DNA of 64,000 nucleotides from a virus (Duplodnaviria; Heunggongvirae; Uroviricota; Caudoviricetes): IMG/VR virus record IMGVR_UViG_3300037067_007156, positions 397,519 to 461,518 of that record; one strand, 5' to 3'. Shown piece by piece: positions 61,974 to 64,000 of this stretch (position 1 is its first letter; each line of letters starts with the position of its first letter). The notes under the pieces were generated by a model. It saw only the letters and a program-made list of their open reading frames with translations, ran no database searches and was not told where the DNA came from. The position numbers and the translations under genes were made by a program.

Positions 61974-63125
61974 TTATTTTTTCTTGGAATAATATTCTTT
62001 TATTTGTTTAGCTTTTTCTTCATCAGTATTTATAGAACTAATAACCTGTAACAAAAATTCATCGTCTGATTTTTGTGTGGATAATTCAATAGTTTCAGTT
62101 GTTTTTTGAGGTGCTATTGGAGCAATACTTTCTTGTAATTCATGTTTTGTATTCACTAAGTCAGACATTTTTTTGTTAAAAGTTGATAGAATTCTATCCG
62201 CATTTTTTACATTTATGACCGGAAAAATATTAAACACGTTTTTATTGTAATTTCTATCACCACTCATATTCAAACATGATACCATATCATCACCCATCTT
62301 ATCTACAACAGATAATAGTTTTTCTGAAATACCATCACCATCCAATACATAACACATATCTGCTTTCTCATAAAAATCGGCAGTTATTACTTTCAATATA
62401 TCATTAAATTTCCGAATACGATTATACCACCCCGAATATTTATTTTCCATTCCTTCATTAAATATATTAACTGCCGATTGTATTTCCGAAAGGTCATTAA
62501 CGCTCTTAATAGATGCAATAGATTCAACGAATCTTAACATTTTGGTGTTTTCGGGATAAAATACATTTAATGAGTATTTTTTTGTAATTGAAATAGCGTC
62601 ATTGATAATAGAATTGAATTCAGATAATTTTTGAATATCCTCTTCAATTTTATGAATTTTTATAATAGATATTTCATCATTATATTCTTTTTCAGATATT
62701 TTTTTAACCTGTTTGAAATTATTCATATGAATATATTTAATTTCACCTTGATAATTTTCAACACGAATTTTAATATCATTATCATTATATAAATCAAATT
62801 CAATTATTTTGTAGATGTTATTTTCATATTTTATAACATCACCTAAATATATATTCAGGTCATTTTTAAATATCAACTGAAAAGATAATTCAGGTACAAC
62901 GATTTCATACATTGAATCAGGATTTCTGTTTAATAATTTAACAATAAAACGTTTATTATCAGCTGATTTACCAACAATCTGTCCAAATACACGACCACAA
63001 TAGTGATTGGATGATGGTGATTTGGGAACAGATTTGTTTAACAAAGACACATCGACTATTCTAATAAAATCACCAACTTGAGCGATTTCACTACTTTCTT
63101 TTACACTAAAATTTGCATTTTTCAT
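61974..63125 (-). CDS. Hypothetical protein with N-terminal SH3/KOW-like segments
   Basis: QVGDFIRI and YLGDVIKY beta-barrel-like starts followed by a helical region. Confidence 0.7.
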   Translation of the reverse strand: MKNANFSVKESSEIAQVGDFIRIVDVSLLNKSVPKSPSSNHYCGRVFGQIVGKSADNKRFIVKLLNRNPDSMYEIVVPELSFQLIFKNDLNIYLGDVIKYENNIYKIIEFDLYNDNDIKIRVENYQGEIKYIHMNNFKQVKKISEKEYNDEISIIKIHKIEEDIQKLSEFNSIINDAISITKKYSLNVFYPENTKMLRFVESIASIKSVNDLSEIQSAVNIFNEGMENKYSGWYNRIRKFNDILKVITADFYEKADMCYVLDGDGISEKLLSVVDKMGDDMVSCLNMSGDRNYNKNVFNIFPVINVKNADRILSTFNKKMSDLVNTKHELQESIAPIAPQKTTETIELSTQKSDDEFLLQVISSINTDEEKAKQIKEYYSKKK

Positions 63126-63220
63126 AATTGTATATTTTTAATTATTACTATCAATTTATTTTAAAGTCCAATTAAAGATACGAAATATAAATTACTCTTT
63201 TCTAATTTTTACAAGTGTTT

Positions 63221-63544
63221 TTATATTCCTAATATTTTTTTAATTTTAAGTCTCCTGAGTGTGTTCTCATTCTGATTTTCTTCAGAAATTGTCAATTCAT
63301 TAGCAATTACATAAGAATTAATTATATCTTCTGCAAATTTAAAAGTTTCGACATAAAATGATATTTCATTGATATATAAAACACAATGATTTGTGTCTAA
63401 TATAATTTTTGTCCAATTTTTTTCAATTTTTATTTGATAAACATTATAGGATGATTGATAATCATTATAAACAATATCCCAATAAAGGTTATATCCTTTT
63501 ATCTTATTTTTTAAAAACACTATTCTATCTTTAAATCTTTGCAT
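63221..63544 (-). CDS. Hypothetical protein, tandem paralog of 63554..63895; C-terminal LRRLKIKKIL
   Basis: INEISF...AEDIINSYVIANE vs INEHKF...AEKIIKVFIAAND. Confidence 0.75.
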   Translation of the reverse strand: MQRFKDRIVFLKNKIKGYNLYWDIVYNDYQSSYNVYQIKIEKNWTKIILDTNHCVLYINEISFYVETFKFAEDIINSYVIANELTISEENQNENTLRRLKIKKILGI

Positions 63545-63553
63545 AATATTCTT

Positions 63554-63877
63554 TTAGGAAAATATTTCATCAATTTTTTCTTTCCGTACATCGTTTATAT
63601 GTTTAAACAGTGACGGTACATCAGAGTCATTTGCAGCAATAAATACTTTTATAATTTTTTCAGCTTCGTATATATCAGGAATAAGAAATTTATGTTCATT
63701 TATTTGAAATATATTAGAATCTGGATGATAATAAAAATGAATACTATGTCCATCAACATCATTTAACCAAATCATATAAACTTCTGGTAATGTTTGTGTA
63801 TGGTATACAGATTCGATAGACCAATTAAAAAGTGTACCTTGATATAAATTTATCCCGTTTTTTGATTTAATTCTCAT
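63554..63877 (-). CDS. Hypothetical protein, tandem paralog of 63221..63544; C-terminal VRKEKIDEIF
   Basis: See paralog; likely start MRIKSK. Confidence 0.75.
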   Translation of the reverse strand: MRIKSKNGINLYQGTLFNWSIESVYHTQTLPEVYMIWLNDVDGHSIHFYYHPDSNIFQINEHKFLIPDIYEAEKIIKVFIAANDSDVPSLFKHINDVRKEKIDEIFS

Positions 63878-64000
63878 AACAAAAAATTTGTGCACCCAAC
63901 AAGTTAAAACCTGCGACCAGTGGTATTAAAATCTAATGTTCTACCACTGAATTATGAATGCATTAATTGAACAAAAATATAAAAATAAAAATTATAAAAA

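Noticed and set aside
1-64000. Stop-codon reassignment (TAG or TGA read-through), as in some large phages
   Set aside because: Long conserved genes (terminase, nadE, pncB) are intact in the standard code, and TAG/TGA end genes at sensible positions.
1-64000. tRNA, rRNA, integrase, transposase or cas genes
   Set aside because: None recognised by eye; a tRNAscan/HMM run would be needed to exclude divergent ones.

Overview
Very AT-rich (roughly a quarter G+C by eye), densely coding window that reads as part of a large T4-like (jumbo/huge) myophage genome in the standard genetic code. The host is probably Bacteroidota: TAnnTTTG promoter boxes recur upstream of many gene blocks and Shine-Dalgarno sites are not evident. 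Core or structural genes: T4 gp17-like terminase large subunit, gp25-like baseplate protein, a tail fibre with YadA-like repeats and a C-terminal S74 chaperone, a probable sliding clamp and dCMP deaminase. There are also two homing-endonuclease-like genes and an HNH protein. Accessory genes: a dispersed deamidating NAD salvage set (PncA, PncB, glutamine-dependent NadE, Nudix), an RlmN/Cfr-like and a second radical-SAM enzyme, a MORC-type ATPase, an ApeA-like HEPN protein, four ADP-ribosyltransferase-like proteins and well over 60 small hypothetical ORFs. Most notable unexplained structure: (1) a 36-bp-repeat/30-bp-spacer CRISPR-like mini-array whose gene-proximal repeat and spacer form the C-terminus of a protein, with each spacer encoding an in-frame alternative tail; (2) a ~340-nt highly base-paired RNA-like element with a cUUCGg tetraloop and 6-nt periodic tract behind a coiled-coil gene; (3) two mutually exclusive terminal peptide tags, an N-terminal MKxxxxFExF..NE tag on about 19 genes and a C-terminal RxxK[IL]xx[IL] tag on about 14 genes; (4) a RHIM-like IQ[VI]G motif pair shared by two adjacent genes. 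All family assignments are from motif recognition by eye; no database searches were run.
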